Positions 24,334 through 37,984 of a stretch of DNA of 64,000 nt are shown here, in pieces (the stretch's first letter is position 1; every line of letters begins with the position of its first letter). Where the stretch lies: the NCBI GenBank assembly GCA_012026655.1, contig JAAILG010001389.1, positions 1-64,000 of the forward strand, written 5' to 3'. This stretch comes from Hydrolagus affinis (lineage: Eukaryota). The notes under the pieces were generated by a model. The model was not told the origin of the DNA. It worked only from the letters and a program-made list of their open reading frames with translations, and ran no database searches. A program made the translations under genes and the position numbers.

Positions 24334-27300
24334 AATATGATCTAAACAATTTCTAACCCTGCCCTTTGGCATTTGCTTTCTCAATTGCGACAATACATCA
24401 CACCTCCTTATTTGCAGGATTTACTCTCAGGTGTGCATTTATTCCAGTGAACCTGCAAAGCGCTTTGGGGAGTCATCACGGCAACGCATCGAATGCAAAG
24501 ACTTGAAAATAAGGACAGTGTAGAACACGCCAGACTCTTAACAAAGAATGGGCCTTCTATAAGTGCTGGAGAAAGCACAGGGCATGATGCATGACTAAGC
24601 AAAGGCATGAACCTCATACATTTCCTCATTCAATTGCAGATCCGTACATAGCCAGAGCTACTGGATATTGACTTCTCTCTTTGTTTGCAAATCACATTTC
24701 TCTGTTACAAGTGACATATTCCCCCAAAAGTCACGAGCAGGTCCCAAAATCCATCACCTTAATTATTTCCCAGCGTCAGCGAGTTACAAGTGATAACAAG
24801 AGACAGAAGAGAAACAATATTGTGGTGGGAGCAAGGGAGGGAAGGGAGAGAGAAGGGCCTGGTGAGCAGGCAATCTGGGTTCTGTTCCCTGATAACAAGC
24901 AGATACGAAGCTCTGCTTTACTTAACATCTCTCATTTACAATTAGCTTGCGTGCAAAGCGTTGCCTTTCAGGACAACTTCATTTGCAAGTCAGTATTAAG
25001 TCAAAGTGGCCAACTTGATAGCGTCCTGCTCGGCCATTCCTACAGTGGAAACACATTAACTTCTCTTGAAGTAATGACATGCTACAAGGGGAGTGTGTGT
25101 TAACAAGATCTGAGGTTTCCATGCTAACCCAATGTCACTGCTGAGAGAGAAAGTGTTTTTTTTTCTAGCAGTTTGGACTCTGGCGGCATAAATATTTCAA
25201 CAGGGTTATCAGGGAGAAGCCACAACGTTATCTGGGGAAATTGGAAACGTAACAATTCTGGCACAAACAGCAAAATGATGGATGGCAGATTTTGCGGAAA
25301 CAAAAACCCGTTTAAAAATGGACCGGTGCCATTTCAGTGCCCTCGGCCTGTTGGATCTGTGGCATCAAAAGCCATTGGCTGGCCTTGCGATCCCACGTAG
25401 GGCTTCCCTTCTCCGCTTGTTACAGGAATGCGCGCATTAGGTCCCTTTGTCCCGTCACTATATCTGCAAAGAGCTGCCAAAATCAGATTGCAAGAAAGAG
25501 TTTTCATTTTCACAGTCCTCACCGTATCGAGATATCTCGAAAGCATTTAATTACCGTTGAGTGATGTTAGATGCTGGTTATAAGCCAGCCATTTGCTCAA
25601 CAGGGTTCTGAAACAGGTAGAATACTGATTTACTTGGGAGTTTTTGTGGGGGTCGGATACTGAATAGATAATCCTCTTATTTTTTAAACACCATCGCGGA
25701 TTCCTTTAATGCTCGCTTTCAAAGAAAACAGGCAGACGGGCTTGGTTTAATATCTCGTCCAAAGTATAGGAGCTCAGACAATGCAACCCTCTCTCCCTGT
25801 TAAGTTAAGTGAATTTCTTCATATGCACACACACAGCCTCCGAATGAACCCATCAGATAAGATGCCTAGTGGGTCAATAACCCACTGCATATGTGGCACT
25901 GAGACACATGAGCACCACTGATATAACAGGGTCGATCCAGCCTTCAGATTGACTTTGATGATCTGCTGGAATGATACATTGGCCTGAAGGGAATTTATTC
26001 TTACATTATTTTTTTTTAAATGAGGGGAACAAATTTAATAGAAAGCTGATTTTTGCCCGAACACTGGCAAATTAAATGATGCGATGGACTAAAAACTCCT
26101 TCAAAAATGGAGCTCGGCACGGCTTCCGATCGAAGGCAGCAAAATAGATCAAAAGGCACCAACTCCTTGGGCTTCTATCATGTTGTTTTTCTTGGGGCTG
26201 TTGATTTCTTTGCTGCTTGAAACCTGCGACTTATGCAAAAGATTGGGAGCCTTCACCGAGCATTCGGATGACTGTTTCAGTCATTTCCGAAGCTCATCAT
26301 CTAGCCTGGGCAGGATTACCTGCTGTGATTATACCTCGATCTTATTAGCCTTCTGTATGAATTAATAATCCTAACCTGCAGCTATTGAATTGTATCACTT
26401 GAGAGTGACAATCTGCTATGTAATTAAAGATTGAGGAGTTTATCAGGTCTCAGTCAAGGAAAGTGAGTTGCAATTATTTGCGCTTGACCCAAATTGAATT
26501 AATCTTGCAACACCAGTCTCCCTTTCCTTTCCCCACCACCCCACCGTGAAAAACCACAATTCTCACCGCTTTCATGCATCATTCAAAGCTTGCTTTAAAT
26601 GGGACCAGTGGAAAATGGACACAAGAGATTCAATGCAGCAGTCAGCCGAAGGCATACCAAAGACTTTGTCTCACCTCCGAGATTGCCATGTCTAAGACTT
26701 GCTCCACTGGTCCCCTGGCCACTTTTTATATAACATTGCATTTAATATGAGGCTTGATGCAACACTTCAGCACCTTCGGACGTCCTCCCGACGTGAAATG
26801 CGCTAAACAATTGTAATAACTCGTTCTTGTTGTTACAAACATCGAGACACCACAAAACGCTTCGCAGGATTGTGCTGAAGTGTATTGATTGCGTGTTTTA
26901 ATAATAATCCTTGCATATCATATAGCGCCTTATCGCGTCTCCAAAGTGCTTCACAGAATATACAGTAAAGTGTAGTACCTGTGTATTTTGCGGGAGAATG
27001 GGGAAACACAATTTGCACCCGCACAACAATGGAGTCAAGCTCGACCACTGTCGAGCATGCGTGGAGACCGCTATATAAGTGCGAGCTGTCGTTGTTGTCA
27101 TCCTGCAAACAAACCGTGAAGTTGTACGAGCGGTTTTCCTTTGCAAAGCTGAAGCAGAGTGGAATCAGCAGCTCCACGGAACGTTTAGCAACACAATGCA
27201 TGAATAAAGTCGTCAGCGCGCCCGAAAAGCCCGAGATTATAAAGGCAATTTGAGGCTTTTCAAAGACGAGGTGACATAGAGGGACTCTATTGCCTGGCGC

Positions 27301-27927
27301 GTCAGACTTGACTGTGCAGTTGCTGAATCAAATATATTGTTTTGTTCGATGAAACTGCAAGAAACAAGAGACTCAATAAAAGCCACTTCTCAATGTATAG
27401 GATTCCACTCCAATCTGATATTTAGGTGTCACAGTCATTCAATCTCCAAAGGTTTCTACAGTGGGTTGCAATATTCCGAGCCCTTCAAGAAGCCAGCACT
27501 TCCTCGGTGCGCTCTCTCTCTGTATGATTTTGCCTCTATTTTACCCCTGTATGTCAACGATCCTGCAATAGCTGTGCGGCCAAGTGATCTGAAATGGGAA
27601 CAGCTGGTTTGACCTACACGTGCTAACTGTACAAAGAGCCTCATTTATTGAACATTACTGATCTGGCAGCCTTCGGTTTCAGCCCAATGGAGGTAGCCAG
27701 TTTTGTGTCACTTATAATTCACCCCTCCTGTGATCTTTTTGAAACTACAAAACGCATACAGTTGATAGAACACGCCACATCTCCCTCCTTCTGTAACCTC
27801 AGCTTCTTTCTTCTGCCTCTCACCAACCTGCGCCTAACGCTCTCCGGGTTGAGGTAAGCTGGGTGCACACTCTGGGGAGAGAATAAGCACTCCAATACAG
27901 ACGTGGAAATTTCCGTGCATAGGTATA

Positions 27928-28092
27928 NNNNNNNNNNNNNNNNNNNNNNNNNNNNNNNNNNNNNNNNNNNNNNNNNNNNNNNNNNNNNNNNNNNNNNNNN
28001 NNNNNNNNNNNNNNNNNNNNNNNNNNNNNNNNNNNNNNNNNNNNNNNNNNNNNNNNNNNNNNNNNNNNNNNNNNNNNNNNNNNNNNNNNNNN
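27928..28092. other. Assembly gap (165 N)
   Basis: Run of N. Confidence 0.99.
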
Positions 28093-28224
28093 GGTAAATA
28101 CAGGAGCTCAATTAATTACAGGATTGTTTGGAAGAGTCAGTAATTGAAATACGAATAAAACTTTGCCGTGACAGTCAGCAAGAAAGCCTGACATGAACTG
28201 ATTAAATCTCTATATTTGTGTTTT

Positions 28225-28510
28225 CGATGAGACAATAAAACGGTGCCCCATATGCGGACATTAAAGATCTCACGGCACTATGCGAACAGAGGTGGGAGTT
28301 TCTCCTCATTTCCCAGCTGCCCATTGCCCAGATAAATTGATAATTCGCTTCAGGGCCATTTGCGGGACAAGGCTGTGCACAAATGTGCCTCTGTATTCGC
28401 CTGCAAAATACACAGCCCACTGTACATCACAGTAAAATCCTGCAAAGTGTGTTGAGACACCCTCCCAGCATGAAAGTGCTATGTAAGGTGCAAGGATTAT
28501 TGGTATTAAT
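28225..28510 (+). mobile_element. Older DeuSINE-like copy
   Basis: GGACATTAAAGATCTCACGGCACTATGCGAA...GGGAGTTTCTCC...GCAAGGATTATT. Confidence 0.65.
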
Positions 28511-29429
28511 AATGTCAGGAAAGGTACAATAAACCCAAACGCACAAACCTAGTCTTCTAGACACCCGCTGAGCTTCGACAAATTAAACCACTGGAACGGC
28601 AATGCTTGACTGGTTTATGAGGAAGCGAGTGTGGGGAGTGCTTCACGCAGTGAGATATCTGCATGAGAGAAGATTGGATAAAAAACAGAATACATCTGCC
28701 AGAAGGGTGATCAGAAGGGTGCTGCAGCTAAACTGATGTGGAATAAAGATGAAGTTCTGGGTTTCATGGAAAGAGGCTGTTGTAAAGAGATTTCAAAGCT
28801 CCAGCACTGGAGGAAGCCACAAACCTTTCTCATTTTAGCTGCTGGATTGACGAAAGAGGCTTTGTGGTGGATCTGTCACCAAATTCCCACTATGAGAACC
28901 AAAGATCTGTGCTTTCCAAAGCATAGAACAGTGCTGGTTAGAGAGAAGTACAAAGTCTTAGCAACTCCTTCCCCGCTTTCCAATGCTGCCATTTGCGAAC
29001 ACTCGCACTTTTGCAGCTGTCCAACCAAACTGACATCATCTTTCATGGAGCGCTCAGCCCAAACCACTTTGAGGATTCCGACACACTTTGGGAATCAACC
29101 GAATGAGTTACCAGTTGAGAAACCTACCATGTGTATTAAGTGCTCGCTTGCAAATTCATTCGTTCTTTACTGCTGGTTGTGTTAGCCTTAGAGAGAGGGG
29201 AAGTTCAGTCTCAATGTGTTCTCGTTCCACAAAAGCAATCAAGCCATGGCTCCAGATTATTCATTTGTCTCAACAATTGAACTCTTCAACCAATGCTTTG
29301 GGACATACTATCGATTTGAAAAGCGCCGTACAAATGTAATTTGTGGTTGTTTTTTGTTTGATGTTGGATTTTAGTGCTCAGAGGCACTAACCTGTGTGAA
29401 GACCACTATACCGAGTGTTACTTTCTTCC

Positions 29430-29603
29430 ACAGCCAACCTCCCACTGCCCAGCCTTCACTGCTTCACCTCTCTGCCCTTCCCTCATCCCAACCCTGCCCT
29501 CCCACCCACCCCACTTGCTCGGGTCCTGAACCCTGACTGTTCAGTGCCTCGGGACGTCACCAGACATGAAAAGCACTCTACAGATGTAATTTTGTTGCTG
29601 TTA
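29430..29603 (+). mobile_element. L2 3'UTR/tail fragment
   Basis: Pyrimidine-rich UTR, then GCTCGGGTCC...TGTTCAGTGCCTCGGGACGTC...GTAATTTTGTTGCTG as at 11040-11129. Confidence 0.75.
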
Positions 29604-32210
29604 TAAATTGGGGCATCCCACCAAGTATCTATTCATCCACTTCTCCATCTATTCTAATGAAAGTCTAATCTTCGGGATGCTGTATTGGTAAGATTTTTCT
29701 TTCATTGCCAGCACTGTGATCAACACAGACAATCTCTGTTTAAGTGGCGAGCAGCTGGCAGTACACAAGTCTGTCGGAGGCATCACCAAATTGGTGGCCA
29801 GATCTCTTCTGGGTGGTAATATTCAGTGTAACCAGTCTCATCGAGAACGAGAACAAATGGGAACATCTCTTGTTGGAAAGAAAGCCTTTTCGCTTTTCAC
29901 AGCATGTCTGCTGTAAGGAATTCAAACCAAATTACTTTCCCTTTAGGTACATGGGTCTCATGTGTTTTCGGTTCTCCAGAACTCAGTACTGCGTTTGTGA
30001 TAAGTACAGTGCAATCAAATCCACTTGCTCGCCAAGTGTGGAAGGCTATTTGCAAAATAAACAAGTCCAGTGAAATGCTGTTTTTTTATCCTGGGTTCCT
30101 CACTTCCTTATCTCTGCTCCTAAAACAAACGCGTAATCTGCAGTACCAAATAACCTAAGTAACCGTAATGCGAGAGAGGCACAACTTGAGCTCACCTCTC
30201 GATAAACACACCCAGCAATGGCATCACAGAATGTCAATCCTATTGTGTGAATGTCATTGTGTCTCATAGCAAATATCCATAATGAGCCAAATTTAAGGCT
30301 ACAAGTTAGTGATCATCCCCTTTCCGCATACATTTAGAGGAGAGGGTTTCACAAACCGTGCTCCCTTCACTGCACTCCTGCTGCCTAATAATATTGTGAG
30401 GAAGAACATGCATTAAACATCTATGTCAAGAATTTTTCTCCCAATTATCATGCATGCATTAAACATCGAGAATTATTTGTTCTTCCAACCCCTCCCGAAC
30501 ACTTGTCAGAGGCTAATGAGAGAGGCGGGTATCTACAGGGTTATCAGGAAAGCACAATGCAGCGTTTTCTGACAACCTTCCGCTCATCAACTTCAAGATT
30601 TAAAAAAAAATAAAACCCCTGGAGTTAAAAATAAATGAAAGCTGGTAAATCTAAATGGGAATCTGATTCACAATGGAGTATCTGACTTCTTCAGTCTGTC
30701 TGTGTGTGGGATCTGGGTGTGACTTCTGACCCACTGTTGGGTGATTTGAAAAACATGCAAGGTAAGGTAATATACATAAGTGGACAGAACAGAATAAAAT
30801 GTTCTGCCTGAATTAATTGAACTATTTAGGAATTCTTTGTACCTGGTTACATTTTGTCTCATGTTCACTTTGCAGAATACCTTTGGAAATGAGTGAGTCA
30901 CACGTCAGCAAATGCTGTGCGTTTCACCCACGGGATACACAGTCAATTCACTCTACAGTGTAGTCTGTGAAGAGCTTTGAGGTGCCTTAATGACTTGATA
31001 AGGTGCTATATCAAATGCAAGGCATATTATATCATATCTGAGGGCAAATGCAAAAGCAATCTCTCAGTACAACGGTCCTGCGTTCTTGCATATCCCAAGG
31101 TGGTGTCCCACACACGGTGGTGGATCGAGTGACCAATTTCTTCCCCACTATGTTGATAGCGTGCGTGGTAGCACCTCGGAGAGCTAAAGCAAACCAACTA
31201 CCAAAAAGAATTCTAAATCATTTGCAGTACGTTTCCTCCCCCACTCCCCTAATCACTTGGCAGATATTCCCATCCTTATTTTCCCATTTATTTTCCCTTT
31301 TTCATTTACATCCTTTTCTATTCCTCGGCAGCTGCTACGGTTCACCTCAATCCGTCTCTTTGAAAGTTCCACTATTGACTTGTTTCCGCCTGGCTCTTGC
31401 CTTCATTTATTCCCTGTCAGCTCCACTTCATCCTTTGCGACATTTCTTCATTCCCCTGATGATTCCAATCCATCCTAAGCGTCCCTACATTATTTCCTAA
31501 ATGATGGCAATCCATCCTGAGAGCTTATTCTCTATTCTTCCAGGTGGCTACTGCGTTCCGAGTGCTTTGCCTTAATGTCCCCGATGTGACAATCTGGGAC
31601 TGAGTCTCAGAGAGCAAGACCCAGTGCTGAGATGCACGGAAACTGCATTGTCATTTTCAATGAGAATGATAGTAAAATTAACTCAGAATTTAATTTTTAT
31701 TTGGCTCAGCCGAGTGTCTCACACAGTTCAAAGCTAATCGTTTTGCTTAAGAACATCCAATTTAGACGGAATTGTCCTACATACGCATGTCACCTACATA
31801 TGGAAATTCCTCACTATTTTTTGACCAAATTCTGGGGACTATTAGGTACAGCTCAGCATGAGGCAGTTGTGGGGGTGGAGAGGGGAGAAGGAAGGCTCAT
31901 TGATATATCAGCAAATTGCTACATTCATTCCACGTTCTCCTCACTTGAAATGCAAGCAAACCACTCAGTCTCTTTCCACTGATGATGCCAGATTATTCCT
32001 TTTTAAATTGTGTTACTGTCAATTAGTGTTACAGTATATTCAGTGAAGCGCTTTGAGATGTCTCAAAGATGTGATAAGGCACTATATCAAATGCAAGGAT
32101 TACTATAAGAACATAATACTGCTGTACAGTATCACTATTACTTTTCTCCGTAATCCTAATCTCAATAGTAAAATAGGAAATGGGAAATTGGAGAGAAATC
32201 TAGGAACATA

Positions 32211-32380
32211 CAGTAAACTCCTGATTACTCATCATTGCAAAGGAAAAGAGTTATCAGGAGTGGCGAGTTAAGCATATGTATAAATGCACGAATAAATGAG
32301 GCTGGGATATTGACAGCATATTGACTGATTTAAGCATCAGTGACAAGTTAAACCAGGATCAAGTTATCAGGAGTTCACTG
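32211..32380. mobile_element. Tigger/pogo-like MITE (170 bp)
   Basis: TA|CAGTAAACTCCTGATTAC ... GTTATCAGGAGTTCACTG|CA; 16/18 inverted match; degenerate TA TSD. Confidence 0.65.
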
Positions 32381-32583
32381 CATCTAATACTGTTCCGAAT
32401 GAAGTACTGTAACCCGAGCTTAATATTCCTTCAAATGTCATGAAACGGAAATATTTAAGACGTGAGAGACCGAACGATCAAAGTGATGAATCAGTGAGAT
32501 GTTGCTCAGCAAAGTTATGTAAATCAGATATTTATATGTCAATCTAAGGCCACCCAAGTCACCATGCAGACGAAACCTTACTA

Positions 32584-32787
32584 CAGTAAAAGATACTACA
32601 GTATCCGTGACCCGATCAACTGTAACTTCCGTTTAACTGGCACCTCAAAAAAGGGCCGCATTCGATTAACCGGAATATATCTGGAAAAATGCATTTTTTT
32701 AATGTGTGTTTTCGGCCGAATATCCGGCATATGCTTTAACCAGCATTGGCCAGGTCCTAAAGGTGCCAGATAAATGGGCTTTTACTG
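32584..32787. mobile_element. Tigger/pogo-like MITE (~204 bp)
   Basis: TA|CAGTAAAAG ... CTTTTACTG|TA; further inverted match TTTAACTGGCACCT / AGGTGCCAGATAAA. Confidence 0.65.
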
Positions 32788-32927
32788 TATTATTATCCAA
32801 ACGCACTTGGAAACAACTTGCTGAGAAGCTGCTCTGACAGCAAATGGGACAGCAAGTGCCACTGACCAGTCTCCCGCTTCAATGCAATCAAAATTATAAT
32901 CGAGTCTTAGCCAGATTGTATAATGAA

Positions 32928-33562
32928 AATAATAATAATCCTTCCATTTGATAAAAGCGCTTTTCACGTTTTCTAGACCAGTGGTTCTCAACCAGGGGTA
33001 TACGTATCCCAGGAGGTACAAAATTACTTCCAGGGGGTATAGGTAGCGATACATTGATTTACTTAGCTCTCTTATTTAGCATTTTATAGCTTTCCAAATT
33101 GTATATTTAATTGTTCCCCTCGTTTTGTATGTGCTAGTTATTTTGTTACACTGTGTAAGAAAAGCTTGGTCACAAAGTGCAAATGGAATGAGGTGGGTAG
33201 TGTGTGTGTGTGTGTGTGTATGTGGTTGGGTGGGGGTACACGATAATGTTGAAAATTAACACGGCGTACATTACTGAAAAAGCTTGAGAACCACTGTTCT
33301 AGACGTCTCAAAGTGCTTCACAGAATATACTGTAAGGTGAATTGACTGTATACTTGTGGGCAAAATGCGGCAGCCAATTACACACTGTGATGTCCCACAA
33401 ACAATTATGGATTGAAATGACGAATTTATTATTGCTTTTTTTGAGGGATTATTATTAGGTATGTGGAGTAAGGAAACTTGCCAAAGGTTTCACCCTGCCG
33501 GGAAACTTGCCTAGGTTTCACCCAGGTCTCTTGCTCGCAAGACAAATGCTCTAACTACTGAG
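32928..33562 (-). mobile_element. tRNA-derived SINE interrupted by a hAT MITE
   Basis: Tail at 32928-32978; continues from 33297 to the head at ~33562. Confidence 0.9.
32979..33296. mobile_element. Non-autonomous hAT (Charlie-type) MITE, 318 bp
   Basis: Perfect 13-bp TIR CAGTGGTTCTCAA/TTGAGAACCACTG; perfect 8-bp TSD TTCTAGAC at 32971-32978 and 33297-33304. Confidence 0.93.
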
Positions 33563-34085
33563 CAATGTTGCGGAGGTGAGGGAAGGCAGTGTGGGTCATG
33601 GCTCAGATGTGGGGGGAGGAAACACAATTGAGAATCGAATAAGGCGTCTAAGTTCCTGACTGGCTTGGTGAGGTTGAGTGTGCAACCATGGAGTTTGATG
33701 CTGCCAGTGCCTGATGTGTGAAGGTACTGGCGCAAGCCCATCAGGAGGGCCTCGGTCTTGTTGACATTCAACTGCAAAAAGTTAGACTGCCTGTCAGACA
33801 TCAAGTCCTAGAATCGATGGTAGATGCAGAAATATAGAGTTGGGTGTCATCCACAAAAATGTGGAAGTTGACCCCATATCTGCGAAAGATGTTAGCCATG
33901 GGGCAGCATGTAGATACTAAACTGGGGGCCAAGGACAGAGCCCTGGGGGATGCCATAGGTGACAGTTCAGGGGCTGGAGGAGAAGGCATTGTTGACGACA
34001 AAGTGGAGACGGTGAGAAAGGTAAGAGTCAAACTAGGCAAGGGCAGGTCCTTGAAGGTTGAGCTGGGAGGAGAGACCGTGCAGGA
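33563..34085 (-). mobile_element. L2-clade LINE reverse-transcriptase remnant (frameshifted)
   Basis: Minus strand: YGVNFHIFVDDTQLYIS (YADD motif region), NFLQLNVNKTEALL, PVRNLDALFDSQL. Confidence 0.9.
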
Positions 34086-34442
34086 ATAAGTACATATTAT
34101 ATTTCATTGACTTCAATTTAATATTTAGGTTTAAGCCTTTAACAAATGCAGAAAGAGAGCAAGCAATTAACAAATCAATACTTTAAACCACAAACATCTA
34201 TAGTTAACAATTAACAATAAAACAATGACTAAATCATTGGGGGGAGCTCTGCAGAAGAGAACAAAGTGGATCGTTATCAGACTCAGAAATTCAGAATGAG
34301 CAAAATATAAACCAGAGCTCGATCTTACTGGAGTAAACACACACTCGCGTTCAAAAAGATCAAACATTCTAGCCTTAGCTTAGAAGACCATTTTGTCTTT
34401 AATATTCAACATTGTGCCAAACTGCGCTAAATTGTTGAAATC

Positions 34443-34790
34443 AGAGTCCTGCATTGGTTATAGCACTCGCCTCGCAGGTGAAAGGCCCTGGGTTTGATTC
34501 TCAGGCAGGGCAAAACGTGCAGCAAGTTTCTTTACTCCACATGCCGCTATTTGCCTAACAGTAAGTCGATTGGCGGATCGCTTTCTGGGGGTAATAATCC
34601 TTTCAAAATATAAAAAAAGTTTAAAAATGTGGTCACTCAATCCACAACTGTTTGTGGAAAATTGCTGTGCAGAATTGTCTGCCGCATTTCACCCACAAAA
34701 TATACTGTTAATTCACTTTTCATTGTATTCTGTAAAGTGCTTTAAGACATTTTGAAGACGCTTTTAAATGCAAGGATTATTATTATTGTT
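34443..34790 (+). mobile_element. tRNA-derived SINE, long subfamily
   Basis: Head GAGTCCTGCA...AGCACTCGCCTCGCAGG; central GTCGATTGGCGGATCGCTTTC; tail. Confidence 0.87.
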
Positions 34791-35009
34791 ATTGGTGTTA
34801 ACGCAGTCTTAATATTTTGGAAGCAGGGTTCTTATTAGGAACTTAGGGTTAGGGAAACTGGTTTCCAAATTAAGATGGAATTTAAGCGCAGTGCTCAATT
34901 GTGCTTTTGGAGAAACGAAAATGTGGTGACTGTTTGTTATAAACTAGCAGCCCGTTTATAAATAGGAGACCACAAAATATACGTTGAATCAGAACCCACC
35001 GAGCCCAGA

Positions 35010-35160
35010 TTACATAGAACGCTGAAGCATAGAATCAGGCCGTTCAGTCCAACTATTCCTGCCAGTATTTATACTCCATGCTACCCTCCACCCCTTTATC
35101 CCCTTCTTGCTCATGCAATCATCAAGTTTCCTCTTAAATACATTGATGCTTATTGCTTTG
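35010..35160 (-). mobile_element. CR1-like 3' end
   Basis: Minus strand: AISINVFKRKLDDCMSKKGIKGW, followed by 3'UTR ending ATTCTATG. Confidence 0.7.
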
Positions 35161-35589
35161 CTGTATGTGATCGGTGTGTGTGTTTTTTTTCCCTGTAGCA
35201 ACAAAATCATTAGTCACTATGGAATTGTACTCAGAGGCTGATTACTTCATAATTTCCAAATAATTATCCCAAACACATTTCAGAATGCAATATTTGACCT
35301 TCAAATTCAGTTTACATGGGTCCAAAGGGATTCCAAAGGAACTTGGTGGTTCCATAATATTGCAGTTAAAGTCTGCTAACTAGCAGCATGTACAGTGCTA
35401 ACACAAGGTAAATGGGTATCGGTTTAGTGAGAGCGACAGATGGCAAAAACGCTAAGCGTTTGCATAAGAAAGGGCAAACAAATTATAGCACTATTAGAAT
35501 AGATTCAGCTTATTTATGAGACCATCATTAAACCTCATGAATCTCCAAACAGACGTCTGCCACATGCATGCAAGGGAGAGCTAGGTAGA

Positions 35590-35835
35590 TCATCTACAGC
35601 GATAGAGGAATGAGCTGTAAGCAATTACTACCCGAGCTACGGCTCTTCGGTCTGGAGAGAAATTGACTCAAAGCAGACCCCACAGAGGAGTACAATATTC
35701 TAAATTGATTGAAAAAGTGAACCCAGAAGGGTAGTTTAGGATGCCCCAAGATAAGAGCAAGCGAACATAGGTTTAGCGTTTGCAAAGTGCAATTTCAGGC
35801 AGAGACCAGGAAGTTTCTTTAATGGGAGGACAATT
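35590..35835 (+). mobile_element. Old CR1-like ORF2 C-terminal remnant
   Basis: GMSCKQLLPELRLFGLERN.LKADPTEEYNIL resembles CR1 GxSYEERLxxLxLFSLExRRLRGDLIExYKIL. Confidence 0.6.
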
Positions 35836-37984
35836 AACTAGGCGAGTCCTGTAATATTGGCTGTTCAGATGAGACACCAAATAAAAGTCCGTCTGCCGCG
35901 ATAAAATGACTCATTCGCTTTCATAGCCACTTGTGGGATATTGTGGTGCACATATTAGATTTAAAAGGCAGTCACTACAGTTTACAATGAATTCCGTGAT
36001 GAGATTGAAAGCCTCCTTCCGATGTGAAAGGCGCTGTATCAGCTATCAGCAAAGTTATCAAATTATCGAAAGCATTCTGAAACGTTGCAACTTTCCCCGC
36101 AAAAAATGCCTGCTGAAAAATGTCTGCCCTTGAAAGGTTGAGAGAACAGAAAGGGTTTTCTTTCAGGATCAAGACGAAAATGTTGACCAGAGTTAATTGA
36201 AAGAATGATCAACACGGACTCGAGTCATCGAATTTCTACCGTTTCCTGCAGTTCATTTTGTTGCCACGGATTTCAACCTGACCTTTTGTCAAATAATTAA
36301 GCAGCATGATAAGATTATTATTTCAGACTGTCCTACAATTTTTCATTCAATGGTTACTCATCAAGGAATACAATTTACAGGTGTAACCTTTCTTTTATAG
36401 TATCTTGTCAGCTGAGACTCAGTCAGTACTGTGTTCTTATTAAATCTGTTGCAGGGGTCAATCAAGGTTCTGTCTTGTTAACAGCCTCATTATGCAGTTC
36501 GGTCCCCTTAGGATCTGAGTATTGCGAGACTTATTTATTTCAGAATATCGCGATGAAAATTTACATTGATTTCCTCCCTTAGCCTGACGGTTATTATTTG
36601 TGCCATACAATTAAGCACCGGTCCCTGCCAAGTGCAATTTGCTGTAGGTTGACTGCTGTTCATTTTGTTTCATCACCAGAGAGCCTGAGGGTCATGAATA
36701 GGGAGAAAGCAAGTAAAAGTGCGATGAACAAATGGAGGGGACAACGCAAACTAACAGTTTGTCACAAATACCGAAGATAAAAGATTTGGGAGTCTTGAAT
36801 AGGATTGAACTGTGAAACACTTTGCAACATCCTCCTGGGCGTGAAAGATGTTAAATAAATGTAAATTGTTTAGTCGAATGGCAGTTATTAATTTAATGCC
36901 CAAATCTCCCATTTCACCCTCAAAATATACAGACAATTCAATTTACAGCCTATTCTGTGAAGTGCTATGAGACATCACAAAGACGTGATAAGTCGCTATA
37001 GCAAATGCAAGGTTTATTATTGTTAAAACACCACCTCTATATTATTCAGTCCCACAAGCTACTTTATTGTGAAGCAAAATGCTTGTAAAATGACAGAGGT
37101 CCATTCATGTCTCATTCACAATGAATAAGATTGGTGATATATGATGTGTCATCCTCAACTGATCTAAAACAACAACTATATCCGCTATATATATACCTAT
37201 ACCTACATCGCATCTAGAAGAGGTGAAATGCGTTGTATCAGATTATTATTATTATCTCCATTGAATCACTTTTTAAACTCCATTTTGTTTGCAAGTCAAA
37301 ATTTCTCCAGAAGGATTATTTAAAACAGTCTTCTCTGATATGAAAGAAATGACAAATTACAAGGTGTGAAACACTGATGCTATTGTGCCTAAAATTTATG
37401 TGCTTGAATTCCTTTCTGCATTTGTATTATCATGTCAGTGTAAATCCAGGTTAGGAATAGCACGGCAAGCATTAAGTGACAGTATTCATTCCGTAACCTA
37501 ACTTAATTATTTGCACTGTTGCAGTTATAGGTTGGTGCGTTTGCATAATTCATAGGTTTGGTTTTTAAATTTACAATGCAATCACAGGAACCAGAAAATG
37601 CCAATGACATAGGATTTAACACACTACACTTACTGTAATAGCTTTAAAGCCTAAATATAACTGGATATGCAACTGGTAAACTAATCTATCTGAATCCTTA
37701 ACACACTGAGACACACACACAAAGATTCACACACACATATAAACCCTTTGCAAAGACAACATACGCTTACATCAAGATTATGCTTAAACCGGAGTATTAA
37801 AATCCACTATCAAAATGCAAGGATAACGATTATAAAAATGTTGATCTGTAATAATTGCACTTTGGCTTGTTCAATCAGTCGAGCTCCATCCAAATTGGGT
37901 CCTGGAAAAGTTAAAATCAAATGTTTTTTTCAAGCAGTTTTGACTGTTTGAATGATGACTAATATTTGCTGACAAGCAACAAAT

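Noticed and set aside
26767-26787. REST/RE1-like motif TTCAGCACCTTCGGACG
   Set aside because: It is part of the L2 tail, has a 3-nt spacer, and lacks the GGACAG right half.
27750-27860. Exon-like segment ending in the donor-like GAG/GTAAGC
   Set aside because: No convincing acceptor and an unrecognisable peptide; it cannot be supported without RNA data.
33472-33523. Tandem ~24-bp duplication GGAAACTTGCC..AGGTTTCACCC
   Set aside because: A local slippage duplication within one SINE copy, with no wider significance.
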